From positions 81,881,481-81,945,372 of the forward strand of contig NC_068989.1 of NCBI RefSeq assembly GCF_001194135.2: a DNA stretch of 63,892 nt, read 5' to 3'. How positions within the stretch are numbered: the first letter of the stretch is position 1; each line of letters starts with the position of its first letter. Position numbers and translations under genes: made by a program. This document shows positions 21,712-35,130 of this stretch, piece after piece. The notes below the pieces were generated by a model. That model had not been told where the DNA came from. It did no database searches and worked only from the letters and a program-made list of their open reading frames with translations. This DNA comes from Octopus bimaculoides. Taxonomy: Eukaryota.

Positions 21712-22233
21712 CAGAGCTGGGCATAAGTCCGTTAATCCTTAATTAACGAAGTTAACATTTTCGTTCAAGATTTAACTTTCAAGTTAAGTTTGAAAATCAT
21801 TATTAGACTAATTAACTTCCGTTATATTTAGCTTCCTTTAACTCGAGTCCGTTAATCCAAAACTCGTCTACTGCAGCCTCTTAGTCGACGCAGCTTTGGC
21901 CCCTTGGTCGACACAGTTTTGGCAGGCATCGACAAAAGATTTGCGACCCTCCTGGGCGATGAGGAATGCCAACTGGCTGCTGCCTTCCAGCCCAGGTTTC
22001 GCCTCATCTGGTTGGATAGGTATTATAGCGCCAGGTTCACCAAGGTGAGGGAAAGCCTGGCGGATAAGGTCGAGGAGGCAGTCTGAGGAAGTGAGCAGCA
22101 ACAACGAAGACGTGGAGGGATGAAGGAAGCCACAGGTCACTGAAGGACAAGGCCTAGAATTTAGTAAAGTCCTGGTTGGAAACCAACCCCAACGATCTAC
22201 TAACAGATGCTGCCTTTTTGAGTAAGTGGGGTA
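21712..22233 (+). mobile_element. hAT-like DNA transposon fragment, CpG-rich, cut by a gap
   Basis: Terminus cagagctgggca, subterminal gttaat/ttaac repeats, translation DKRFATLLGDEECQLAAAFQPRFRLIWL resembles the hAT C-terminal LAxxLxPRFK region. Confidence 0.6.
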
Positions 22234-22739
22234 ANNNNNNNNNNNNNNNNNNNNNNNNNNNNNNNNNNNNNNNNNNNNNNNNNNNNNNNNNNNNNNNNNN
22301 NNNNNNNNNNNNNNNNNNNNNNNNNNNNNNNNNNNNNNNNNNNNNNNNNNNNNNNNNNNNNNNNNNNNNNNNNNNNNNNNNNNNNNNNNNNNNNNNNNNN
22401 NNNNNNNNNNNNNNNNNNNNNNNNNNNNNNNNNNNNNNNNNNNNNNNNNNNNNNNNNNNNNNNNNNNNNNNNNNNNNNNNNNNNNNNNNNNNNNNNNNNN
22501 NNNNNNNNNNNNNNNNNNNNNNNNNNNNNNNNNNNNNNNNNNNNNNNNNNNNNNNNNNNNNNNNNNNNNNNNNNNNNNNNNNNNNNNNNNNNNNNNNNNN
22601 NNNNNNNNNNNNNNNNNNNNNNNNNNNNNNNNNNNNNNNNNNNNNNNNNNNNNNNNNNNNNNNNNNNNAAAAAAAAAAAAAAAAAAATTATAGTTTTTGG
22701 GTTCTAAAGCCTTCAAAAAGGCCAAAAAAAGCGAATGTT

Positions 22740-23140
22740 CACCTATTGAACCACCAACCGATTTAGGGACACTGGTGGAGTTCAAGATCGAATGAGAACA
22801 GGACGTCCCAGGTCAATCAGCACTGCCAGGCTCCAGAAAATCATCAGTTCTAGAGTTCACAGAAATCCAAGGTGTTCCATGGAAAAAGATGGCTGCCGAA
22901 CTGGAAATTTCAAGAGAATCTTTGAAGCTGCCAAAAGCAACTTGGGACTTGCTTCATTTAAATGCCAAAAAATTCACAGCCTAACAACTGCTTCAAAGGG
23001 AAAAATGACTCACAAAAAGACATGTACTACTTGAGCGGCTTGATACTCATGGCTTGGACAATGTGCTCTTCACAGAAGGAGCTCACAACAACCAAAATGA
23101 CAGGATCCTTGCAGAAAAAGCTCAGTCATTGCTATATCCT
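22740..23140 (+). mobile_element. Tc1/mariner (maT-like) transposase remnant
   Basis: TGRPRSISTARLQKIISSRVHRNPR (HTH) and LFT...HNNQNDRI fragments, frameshifted. Confidence 0.6.
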
Positions 23141-23369
23141 AAAAATATTGAATTATTAAAACACCTACTTCAGTATACAGTATACTTAGTAAAACTAGTA
23201 AAGACACAACTATGTCAGACCACCTACTATGTACTCTTGTACTGCACGTATTTCGCTTTACTTATAGTAACTAGGAGATTCCATCCGTCACGTGGGAGGG
23301 GTGTACCATTATTATTAATTCCCTACAACATGTCCCCTTTTAAGTTTTTCTCTTAGGAAGTGTAATTTT

Positions 23370-24170
23370 ATTCAGCAATTTTTTTTATTTGCCCCCACCT
23401 CTTTGTTTGAGATATTTGTTCCATACAATTTAATATTTTTGTGCTTACCATCTATTTTCAGGAACTCTGTATCTTTTCTTTTCCTCTCACTTGTACACCT
23501 GGATTCAATCATTTTCAGTGGTATTGGTATTTGGAACATATCGTACAACCATTCCATAGGTTCCTCCAGCTTCTTAGAATCACTTTCCATGAATCTCTTT
23601 TTCAATTGGTTCCTGTGTCTCTTTTTGTATGCTTTTTCTACTTTTTACCCAATACATCATTTTATCTATGCATTTGGTAATTATGCCATCTTCTCAACTC
23701 AGCTTTCCATTCTTGTATGCCCTCATATACACCTTTTCAACAAACTTAAAGAATCTTGCTATGTCTTCCCTGGCACTTTTTCTTTTCTTACCAGGTAGCA
23801 ATCTATCAAAGACTGATTTTACTTTCCTTGCAAACATCAGCTCTGCTGGTGAGCTACCTGCTGGTGTATTCGGACTTGGTGTTAACGGTACACTCTCAAA
23901 AATTGTAGTAGAGCTAACTCATCCATGACTTCCTTATTTGTTTTTCTTAGGGCTCTCTTGAAGGTATCAATAAAGTGTTCTGCCTGTCCATTAGATCTGG
24001 GTTGGTATGGTGCAGTAGTTACATGTTCTACCGTGAACGTTTCACGAACTTTTAAAAATTCACTAGACACAATTTGTGTTCCATTGTCAGGTGCTATCTT
24101 GTCTGGGATGCAAAGTCTTGTGAACAATTTGGGTAAAAAATTTATCACAGTTGAGGAGGTTGTTTTTTAA
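23370..24170 (-). mobile_element. Ty3/Gypsy integrase remnant
   Basis: IPDKIAPDNGTQIVSSEF...TAPYQPRSNGQAEHFIDTFKRAL (rve core D..E); no LTRs seen. Confidence 0.85.
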
Positions 24171-24264
24171 CTCTTAATTTCAGGCCATTTTGAGAAACTA
24201 TTAACTATCACTAAGTAGTAAGAAGCATTTAAAGGACCAGCAAAATCGATGTATAGCTACACTG

Positions 24265-25475
24265 TTATTTCTGAGAGCCTCCTCCAATATGTGGCACTTG
24301 GTGAAGAATGGAGTTTGATGTAGCTACCCTCATTGGCACCTCTTGCTGTGAGGTAGGTTCATCTGGGACTCTCGACAAGAAGAGGTCCAGCTTTGATTTT
24401 AAAACCCCTATATCTACTTTATGAAGGTTTCTCAGGCTCTTTGGGAGAATATTAAAAAGCTGTGGGCCCCTGAAACCCAGGCTGTTGCAGTAACTGGTCC
24501 TGAAGCATGATGGCATTGCTGGGATCTTTGGCACTGTGCAGTGGTTACCTGTTCTGGCATTGGTGTAGCTTTCAATGCCAAAATTTGGCACAATTCCTTC
24601 CAGCATCTTCCAGATGTATATTACTGCATACTTCTCCCACCTTCACTCCAGGGAGTAGAGTTTTAGCTGTTTCAGCCTTTCCCAGTAGCTGAGCAGTTGC
24701 AAAGAGACGATCTTCTTTGTGAATTTTCTCTAGAATACTTCAAGGTTCGCTGTTAATTTTACACTGGTGGGTGACCATAGCTGGGAGCAGTAATCCAGGC
24801 GGCTGAGGGCGAATGTCCTCCAGAGGACCATCATGGTTTCCTTATCTCTAGTTCTGAATGTTCTCAGGATCCATCCAGCCAGTCGTCTGCACTTTTTCGT
24901 CATTCTAGTAATGTGCACTTGGAAAGAGGTATCATCACTCATGTCAATACTCAGGTCCATCAGTGATTTAGGCTCTGGGATTGTAATCCCCGGTGGACCA
25001 GTGGACCCTGTAAGTTTCAATTTCAGTCTTGGATGCTAGTAGCACAGGGCTTAGAATTTTTCAGCATTAAACTGCATATTACCCTCAGCCCATCTGTAAA
25101 TTGAGTCCAACATCACAACACCGCTGGAGTTCTGTATTTTCTGCAAGACTTTTGTATCATCTGTGTAGCAAGCAAGGGGGGCTATTTGGGCGGTTAAGGG
25201 TATATCTGAGAGGGCCACTATGAAAAACAGTGGTCCCACGACAGTGCCCTGTGGAACACCGCTCACTATTTGTGTTTTCATTGAGGTGGCTCTATTGGCT
25301 ACTGCTACCTGACTTCTATCTTTCAGAAAATCATGTAACCACTCACCAAGTTTTCCAGCTATGCTGAGATCATGCAGTTTGTGGCTTATCATACTATGAT
25401 CCACTTTATCAAAAGCTTTTGCAAAATCAAGGTATATTACATCTACATTTGAGTTGTTAAGTAACTGCCTCATTA
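24265..25475 (-). mobile_element. CR1/L2-like LINE RT remnant
   Basis: DVIYLDFAKAFDKVDH, SGVPQGTVVGPL, YTDDTK, MQFNAEKF, SRLDYCSQLWSP; frameshifted. Confidence 0.88.
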
Positions 25476-25491
25476 AATATATATATATACA

Positions 25492-26493
25492 CAGGGGTTG
25501 TACAAAATAGTGGAAATATGTTAAAATTTCAAACAAATTTATTTTAATATGGGGTAGGACCACCTTTGGCAGTAATTACAGCTTGAATTCTACAAGGTAT
25601 GGACTCGTACAAAGTTTGAATTGTTTCCAAAGGAATTTTTGTCCATTCTTCAGCTAAAACAGTTTCCAGGTCTTGTAGTGATGATCGTGGAGTATATCGA
25701 CTCCTTATTTGTTTTTCTAAAGTCCACCATAAATGTTCAATAATATTGAGATTTGGGGACTATGGTGACCAGATAAGATGTTCAACTTCACTAGAATGTT
25801 CCTTGTGCCATTCAGTAACAACTTTAGCCATGTGAATTGGTGCATTATCATCCTGAAAGATTGCACTTCCCTCCGGAAACAGTTCTGCAACCATAGGATG
25901 ATTTTGATCAGATAAAATGCTTAAATAGTCTTGACTCTTAATTCTTCCATAAGGGAAACCATTGGGCCAGTGGATTTCCATGATATAGCCCCTCAGATCA
26001 TCACAGATCCTCCTCCATGTTTAACAGCTGGAAGAAGGCAGTCTGGGTTAAATGCTCCTTTTGGCTATCTCCACACATATACTCGGCTGCAGCAATTTTG
26101 GGGGCTGTACTTTTGTGATCCTTTTAACAATTTGTGTAAGAGTCTGACGGTCCCTATCTGAAAGTTTTGGTTTTCTTCTGGAGTTTTGTTTCGATGAGGA
26201 GGTTTTTCCCTCTTTCTCAAAGGCTGTCATTACTTCTTTATACACTAAACATTTCAGCTGCCATATGAGCACCAACAATTTGACCACTTTGAAAGTCTAA
26301 TAGACCTGTCATTTTAATGAATTTTAATTACCTTCTGATGATGATATCTAAAAAGAAACAGCAATTTTAGCAAAACATATTAAGCAACATTAATAATAAA
26401 TCAAAAAACATAAAAATAAACAAGCTTTTGACGGTTTTATAGATATTTCAAAATTATGATGCTATGTATTTCCATTATTTTGTCCAACACCTG
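25492..26493 (-). mobile_element. Internally deleted Tc1-family DNA transposon
   Basis: 25-bp TIRs caggggttgtacaaaatagtggaaa / tttccattattttgtccaacacctg+TA; transposase remnants RKPKLSDRDR and FQDDNAPIH...LIW. Confidence 0.9.
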
Positions 26494-26549
26494 TATATGT
26501 ATATATATGTACATAGGTGTGTGGTGTGTGTGTGTGTACTTTAGACCAG

Positions 26550-29015
26550 GCCAGAAGGATGCCAAAAAGCAGACCGATCTGGAAAAGAAGGATTTGGAAG
26601 CTTAAGGACCCTGCATATGGTCAGAAAGTTGAAGACATCCTAATTGAGGAATTTGATGGGAGGCAGGAGTTGGCTATAGACTTGTGACAGAAGGCAGCTG
26701 GGAATTTCTGCAGAACAGTTTGCTGAGTGCCACAGACCAAATATGCAGTTGGTGAAAAGTCCCATCCAGACCTAGGGTGATGTGGTGATGGCACGATGCT
26801 ATAGACAAGGTCATTCGAGCAAAGAAATAGGCCTGGAAGAGTGGGGGGGGGGGGGTAGCAGGAAACTGTATCAGATAACCAGAAGGGCAGCTAGGAGACA
26901 GGTATACCTAGCCAAGGGAGAAGCAGAAAAGAAGTTTACCTATGTTCAGCGCCATGAGGACCAAAAACTTGAAGTGTTTTGGATTGCAAGACAGTGTGTA
27001 AAAGAAAATTGTGATGTCATAGGAGAGAAATGTGTTCACATGGTTGATGGTGCACTTGCATTTAATGATACTGCAAAGAAAGAAGCTTGCAAATGCCATT
27101 ATGAAAGACTGCTGAACGTGCAGAATGAATGAGAGGAGGAGAGTCTGTCAAATGTTGACCCAGTTGAGGAACCAACTATCCAAATCGACAGTACCTTGGT
27201 AGATAAAGCAATTAAGGATATGTAGACAGGGAAAGCCCCTGGCACATCAGGAATCACCGCTGGGAGGCTTAAAATATCTGGTGGTGTTGGTTTTGGTCTA
27301 GTTACCTGTATTGTAAATCAGATGGTTCACAAAGGAGTCATACCCAATGACTGGTGTAGCAGCACAACTGCTACAAAGATAAAGGTGATGCCTTAAATAG
27401 AAATAATTACAGAGGTGTCAAATTGTTGGATCAGGTGATAAAAGGTATGGGGAGGGTCATAGCCCAGCTAATTAGGGAGAGAGTTAGTTTAGATGAGATG
27501 CAGTTTGGCTTTGTACCAGGGAGAAGCACCATTAATGCTATATTTCTGGTAAGGAGGCTGCAGGAGAAATACATAGCCAAAGATAAACCTCTGTACTTGG
27601 CATTTGTTGACTTGGAGAAAGCTTTTGACAGGGTCCCTCGATCCGTTATCTGGTGGTCAATGCAGAAACTAGGGATAGACAAGTGGTTGGTGCAAGCTGT
27701 ATAAGCCATGTACAGGAAAACTACTAGTAAGGTGAGGGTTGGCAATGAGTACAGCAAAGAATTCAGGGTACAAGAAGGGGTTCACCAAGGATTGGACCTC
27801 AGCTCCCTCTTGTTCATCATAGTCCTCCAGGTAATAACAGAGGAATTTCAGACAGGCTGCCCCTGGGAGCTCCTCTATGCTGATGATCTTGTTCTTATTG
27901 CTGAATCACTACCAGAACTAGAGAAGAGGTTTCAGGTATGGAAGCAAGATCTAGAATCAAAGGACCTTAGAGTTAACCTAGCAAAAACCAAAGTCTTAGT
28001 AAGTAGGAAGGCAGACAAATCCCAAATCCCTTTAGGAAGATGGCCCTGCATGATCTGTAGAAAAAGCATAGGTAGAAACTCTGTAAGATGTATCCAGTGT
28101 AAGTTATGGATACATAAAAGATGCAGTAATATCAGAGGAAGGTTAACAGGGAAAATAGCTTTTGTGGGTAAGCTAAAGATAGTAGATAGCTTCTGTTATC
28201 TATGTGACCAAGTTAGTAGCAGAGGTTGATGCTCTGAGAATGTAACAGTGAGAATAAGAATAGGCTGGGCAAAATTCAGAGAGATCCTATCTCTGCTGGC
28301 AACAAAGGGCCTCTCCTTCAGAGTGAAAGGCAGATTGTATGATACCTGTTTGCAAATAGCTATGCTACATGGCAGTGAAACATGGGCTGTGACAGCTGAG
28401 GACATGTGTAGGCTTGAAAGAAATGAAGCCAATATGCTTTGCTGGATGTGCAATGTCAGTGTGCATGTTCAACAGAGTGTAAGCACCTTGAGAGAAAAGT
28501 TGGGCATAAGAGGCATCAGATGTGGTGTGCAAAAGGGACAACTGCACAGGTATGATCATGTGATGTGTATGGACGAGGACAGCTGTGTAAAGAAGTGCCA
28601 ATCTCTAACTGTAGAAGGAACCTGCAGTAGAGGTAGGCCAAGGAAGACATGGGACAAGGTGGTGAAGCATGATCTTTGAACTTTGGGTCTCACAGAGGCA
28701 ATGACAAGTGACCAAGACCTTTGACGTCATGCTGTGAAAACCCATCAAGCCAAGTGAAATCATAGTTGTGGCTGATGCTGGTGTCACGTAACTGGCACCT
28801 GTGCCGGTGGCATGTAAAAAGCACCTTTTGAGTGTTGAGCTTTACAGAGGCAAAGTGGCTGATGCCGGTGGCACGTAAAAACTCCTTTTGAATGTTGAAC
28901 CTCACAGAGACAATGACTAAGACCTTTGGCATTATGTCTTCCAGCTTGCCAGGCCCTGGTCAAATCGTCCAACCCATGCCAGCATGGACAATGGATGTTA
29001 AATGATGATGATGAT
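26550..29015 (+). mobile_element. 5'-truncated, inactivated RTE-clade LINE with 3' UTR and (GAT)n tail
   Basis: QFGFVPGRSTINAIF, LAFVDLEKAFDRVPR, GVHQG, LLYADDL, CxxC...CxxC...HxxC insert, RGRPRKTW end; in-frame stops and frameshifts; tail gttaaatgatgatgatgat. Confidence 0.9.
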
Positions 29016-29235
29016 ACATACACAAACATACATTATATGCGTGATATTTTCAACCAAGTCATTATAATCATATCTTATTTTTCAAGTGTTCTAATTCTGT
29101 TTATGTACATAAATTTGCTAGATTGCTGACAATTATTAATATCTTTCCCCAATGTGTTGATGCCCTATTTTTTATCATTAATAAAACTGTTGGCATTTTT
29201 GCCAACATGGGGATGCTAGTGTACGTGTGTGTATG

Positions 29236-29296
<61 letters not shown>

Positions 29297-29855
29297 AGCC
29301 ACAGGAGTGGCTATGTGGTGAGAAGCTTGCTTCCCAACCACATGATTCTGAAAATTATTTAGACTTAAAATGAGATTCACCAATTATCATTCCAGAAAGG
29401 GGACATCACCATGCATAAACACTATATCAGGAGGAGATTATTCTGTAGTTTCATCTATTTTAGAATTTTATCTTCCTGAAACCTTGAGATCTCTGGAAGT
29501 GTGTGAGTAGAATAGGAGTTATTTTTGAATGAAGGAATATATATCTAATTATCTTTAATTTCAATGGAGTTCAAAGTCGACTTCATTTGGTGAATTAGAC
29601 AACAGAGAGCTTATAAAATACTTCTTTAATTATGGCTTTGTTATTTTAATAGTGAGCTTTTGGTCTTTCAATAAATAAGCCAATAAAAAAGCCTATATAT
29701 GAGGTATAGGAAACCTTTTCGAGAAGCAGGTTGCATGAGACAGGGTTCATCATCTGACAAGTCATCTACCAACAAATTTTAAGGTAATATTTTGCTAGGT
29801 GTGCTATTTAGAAAGTCCTGCAGACCACATATATCATTTGTGGGACTTTCCAAAT

Positions 29856-30026
29856 CAGTGGTTCTCAACATTTTTAATACCTGAGCCAGATCCAAAACCT
29901 GAATTTTTTTTAGGGGACTGCACCAAAAAAGTAAAACAACTAAATTAAAGAAAAATTTATTACATATATAGAGGGAAGACCATTGAAGGTGAATGAAGTC
30001 CTGGGAGCTGAGGTTGAGAACCACTG
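29856..30026. mobile_element. hAT-Charlie-type MITE
   Basis: TIRs cagtggttctcaac / gttgagaaccactg. Confidence 0.8.
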
Positions 30027-30827
30027 TTCTAACACCCAAATTTTCTTCAAAGAAAAAAGGGGAGATGGGATACAATATTTCTAAAAATAAGATTGGATGA
30101 TTATAATTAGGAAGCTTTTCATCAGAGATTATAATTAGGAAGCCTTTTGATCAGGACAGATTTAAAGACTGAAAAACAACAAATATTAGTTGAAATACCT
30201 TAATTGTTGATAATGAGATATGTAGTCACAACTAAAAGTACAAAATGAGTGTTATAGTTGAAAAATTATAAAAATATGCTTAACACATAGCAATTAACCT
30301 CAAAAGAAAAGATATTGATTTTCTTGTAAAGATATATTAAAATGTGTTTTTATTAACATTAGGCTCATAAAAATGGTGGCAGTGACCTGATATTCTGACC
30401 TTATAAACTGTGTCTCTTTAGGGTGAACTAGATTGTTAAGAGTTAGTTGTAATAGGATAAAACAGACAAGTTTTCTCGAGAAGCAGGCTGCATGAGTCAT
30501 GGGTCATCATCTGGAGAGCCACATCGCTAAAGCACTCAAAGTAACTTTTTGTTAGGTGTACCATTCAAAAGTCCCAGGTGCCACAAGTTACCTACGACAG
30601 GAACAAAATGATGACTGAAGGAAAATACTCAGGTAAGAAGAGTGATAGTTTTAGACATGATTTTGTCTTATTAGACACCTAAGTGTTTTATTGTTTACAC
30701 AGATTTTTCAAGAACTAAATGACATTACCATTGTACTAACAAAGACTCAATTTCCAATAGATTTTAGATCAATTGTTAGTGTTGTCTTTCCTACATACAC
30801 ATTTATTTAACCAAACAGCAAATAACT

Positions 30828-31041
30828 CAGTATTCTTGTACTTGTTTCAGCCATTTGACTGCTGTCATGCTGGAGCACTGCCTTTAGTCAAACAAATTGA
30901 TCCCAGGACTTATTCTTTGTAAGCCTAGTACTTATTCTATCGGTCTCTTTTTGCTGAACCGCTACGTTACAGGGATATAAACACACCAGCATCGGTTGTC
31001 AAGCAATGGCGGGTGGACAAACACAGACACACAAACATATA

Positions 31042-31076
<35 letters not shown>

Positions 31077-31260
31077 GCATACATACATACATATGGTAGG
31101 CGTCTTTTAGTTTCCGTCTACCAAATCCACTCACAAGGCTTTGGTCAGCCTGAGGCTATAGCAGAAGACACTTGCCTAAGGTGCCACACAGTGGGACTGA
31201 ACCCGGAACCATGTGGTTGGTAAGCAAGCTACTTACCACACAGCCACCCCAGTGCCTATG
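30828..31260 (-). mobile_element. SINE family A copy
   Basis: Homology to 41662-42070. Confidence 0.85.
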
Positions 31261-32822
31261 CTATGTTTTATCTATTTTCTTTTTTAATTTGCCATTAGAT
31301 TATTTTAATTTGTACTAGATAATGTATAAATGCATTTCTCTCAAGCATACTGGAGCAATTGTCTACAAAAGGTTACACACACACATTTTTATTTCATCCA
31401 TCATTTTGATGTCCATTTGCATGGGCTGGATGGACTTTATTGAAGTGGATTTTCTACAATTGGATGCCCTTCCTGTTGGCAACCATCACCTGTTTCCAAA
31501 TAAGGCAATATTTCCCCCATAGCCAAACATATCCTCACAGAATATTGGAAATGAATGACACTTTTTGTATGAGACAATTATTTTACAACTATTATGCAAT
31601 GTCAAGACAAGGAAACACAAACATACACACACTCACACAAACATACATACATACATGCTGGTTGTTTACTCCTTATGCAGAGTTTGACCACCTCCTGTAC
31701 CTACACCTTAGAACCATCATGGCGTCTGATGTGGCTTTTTAAACCAGACAACATATTGAAAAAGACACCCACATAGATTGCATATGCGATTTGGACCACC
31801 AAGAGCAGCAGATAAGTTCTGATCTTTGTAGATCTTAAAATGTCTTTTGAAAATCAAAAGTAAACAACTGTTATGGGAAATGCCATTATTAATGAATTCA
31901 CTTAACTACAAAGCTGCAATGTGATCAGTTGTCTATTTTTAGTATTTTATCTTCTTTCTTTGTGTTGTTAATTACTACTTCAATTACCAGCAGAGATTAT
32001 GTATTCCTGTGTGAGTGGGAACACAACATGACAGGGTTAATAAGACAATTCTTATCTAGCAAAAACCAAATGTGTTTTAATAAAAATTTGTGCAGGAGTG
32101 GCTGTGTGGTAAGTAGCTTGTTTATCAACCACATGGTTCCAGGTTCAGTCCCGCTGCGTGGCACCTTAGGCAAGTGTCTTCAACTATAACCTCAGGCTGA
32201 CCAAAGCCTTGTGAGTGGATTCAGAAGACGGAAACTGAAAGAAACCCGTCATGTATCATCACCATCATCATCTTCGTTTAACGTCTGCTTTCCATGCTAG
32301 CATGGGTTGGACGAGTTGACTAGGGACTGGCGAACCAGATGGCTACACCAGACTCCAATCTGATTTGGCAGAGTTTCTACAGCTGGATGCCATTCCTAAT
32401 GCCAACCACTCCAAGAGTGTAGTGGGTGCTTTTTATGTGCCACCGGCATGGAAGCGAGACCGCTGCTCTGGCAGTGACCCCGCTTGGATGGTGCTGTCAG
32501 TGCTCCAATGGCATGGGTGCCAGTCATCGGATTTGGTTCAGTTTCAATCTCACTTGCCCCAACAGGTCTTTGCAAGCGGAGTTTGGTGCCCAATGAAGGA
32601 AGGTTGGCATGGGTGCCAGTCATCAAATTTGGTTCAATTTCGATTTCACTTGCCTCAACAGGTCTTCGCAAGTAGGGTTTTGTGTCCAAAGAAGGAAAGG
32701 TACGCATAAGCGGGCTGGTTACACCCTTGGTAAAGGCCACGGGTTATGGTCTCACTTGTCTTGCCGGATCTTCTCACACACAGCATATTTCCAAAGGTCT
32801 CGGTCATATATATATATATACA

Positions 32823-34008
32823 CCATAAAAACCCATGTAATTTATGCACTTTTTTTTGCAAAAACAAAAATAAACTTGGGGGGGGGGGGTAAATTACATG
32901 AATAGATCATTTCCAGAATCGTTCTGGAAATTTTTTTGTTGAAAACTGAAATTCATCACTTGCCGACAACATCATAATTCATCCTTGCACATGTAAACTC
33001 ACTAAATGAATATGACAGTGTTCCTACAGAAACCTTCATTTACCTTATATGGTGTTTAATGTTGTTTCACATTCATGTTGAATTATGCACCAATCTTATG
33101 TTCTCTTCATAGAACACTTGTAATGTATTACCAATTCTTTTGGTATAGTAGATTTTTGCTATTCTTATTTATGTCTCCTCACAGATATGTATATTCTAAC
33201 AAGTTACTTCTTAAATTTCTCACCTCTCTTGTTCAATAACCACAGAGTTAAAACTTGCAAAGCCGTTTATTTTCTCCTTTCGATTTTTAATGTTTATTTT
33301 AGCGGGTTACCAAACTATCAGTTTGGTCTCCTGGCTAAAACGGTAATGACAAATTTTTAAGTTTGCTTGACATTTTATAAGTGAGAAAGGGATTAAAATT
33401 TTGATTCTCCATATCAAAGGTTCCGACAAGAATAAGCAGAAAATCAGAGCTTCAGACAAGAAGACCTTTTTGACTAATCAGAATTCTGTTTACATAATCA
33501 GTTTGATCAGTCACCTTCCTCTGTTGGTTGAGTAAAGTGTCACCCAAGCTGATGTTTATTGGAAATTAAACTTATTTTGCAACACTTGTGTGTATTTATC
33601 AACTTTGTTTTTGTTGGTAATTCTTAACAACTTTTCCTGTGATCATGATTTGAGAAGACATACAGCAGTATGCTAAAGATTGGACATAATCTCTTGTGGG
33701 CAAGAAATGTAAAAATAAAGTTTATTATAAATAGCACAAACATTTCGTAATTTAATAGCTTTCAATGTGATACCTGTTAAACAGAAATTATCTTTATTTA
33801 TTGAAAATTTAATAAGATCTAATCATTAGTAAGTGAAATTATGCTAAGTACAACTAAATTGAAAACCTTTGCCCTCTGGCCAGATTGGCAATTCTGAAAA
33901 CTTTTGGGTGCGAATTTTACATGAGTAGAAGCTTTTTTTTAACAATTTTTATCTTCAAAATCACCTGCGTAAATTATACAGGTGTGCAAATTACATGGGT
34001 TTTTATGG
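32823..34008. mobile_element. Non-autonomous TIR element (pogo/Tigger-like) in (TA)n
   Basis: TIRs ccataaaaacccatgtaatttatgcac / gtgcaaattacatgggtttttatgg+TA; no ORF seen. Confidence 0.75.
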
Positions 34009-34239
34009 TATATACACATGTGTGTCTGCGTTTGTCCCCCCACAATCACTTGGCAACCAATACTGGTGTGTTTATGTCCCTGTAACTTAGCAATTTGGCA
34101 AAAGCGATGGATAGAATAAATGCTAGGCTTACAACGAATAAGTCCTGGGGTCGATTTGTTCAATTAAAGGCAGTGCTCCAGCATGGCCACAGTCAAATGA
34201 CTGAAACAAATAAAAGAATGTTTTTGATAAACTTTCTTA

Positions 34240-35130
34240 AGATTTTTTTATGACTCCACCTTTAACTTCAATGACTGCTTCAATATGGGACCAGAACTGT
34301 CGATATGCCTTCACTAAATTATCCTTATTCCTGTCAGATATCATCTGGAAGATGGTGGCTTTCGGTGAAGCTATGATATTGTGAGATTGTAGGTTGGTCT
34401 CTGTTTTGACAATGCTCTATAGGAATTAAGTTTGGCATGTTTGCTGCTACATGATAATAAAGACTGTCTGACATTTATTCTTAGGTTTGTGAAATGCTGA
34501 GTCTTGTTGAAAAATGTTTAGCCTTCCACTACTTCAGTCATTCAGAGCTAAACAACTGCCTCTAGCATCTCAATGCATCCAGTGCTTTCTTAAAGCATCA
34601 CAGTTGCTAGAAACAGTATGTATCACTCTAAGGACATCAGAAGGATCTGCCCACAATCATCTGTAGTTTCTCCTGTAAGACTTTTGGTCTTGGTTGAAGT
34701 TTTTCTCATCAGAGAAGGACCAAAGCATTCCATGATGGTGAAAGCTTTTTACTTTGTTATTTAATCACTTGACACGGATCAAACAGTTTTCTTACATCTT
34801 TGCAGTCACTAATTGACCTCTCATTAGTATGTATGACTTGTATTGAATGCCATCATGCACCACAGTTCCAACAGGCTACCCGAAGTTCTTTGGCAATGGC
34901 CCTCATTGATTTTCCAGGATCATCATCGATAAGTTTTTGAAACCATTGGACGAATTATGGTGTCCTTATAGTGTCCAAACGTTTACAATTTTATTTTTCT
35001 CTTTGAGACAGTTGGCACATTTCTGCCAGAAGCTTCCAATTCGATCCTAATTTAGTGTACATAAGATCTTGCAAAATTTAGAAAGTTGGCAATTTTTAAA
35101 TGACTGTGTTATTCACATGTGACAACAATG
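34240..35130 (-). mobile_element. Tc1/mariner (maT-like) transposase remnant
   Basis: Minus-strand fragments FSDEKNFNQDQK, FQQDSA, LVKAYRQFWSHIEAVIEVKGG. Confidence 0.65.
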
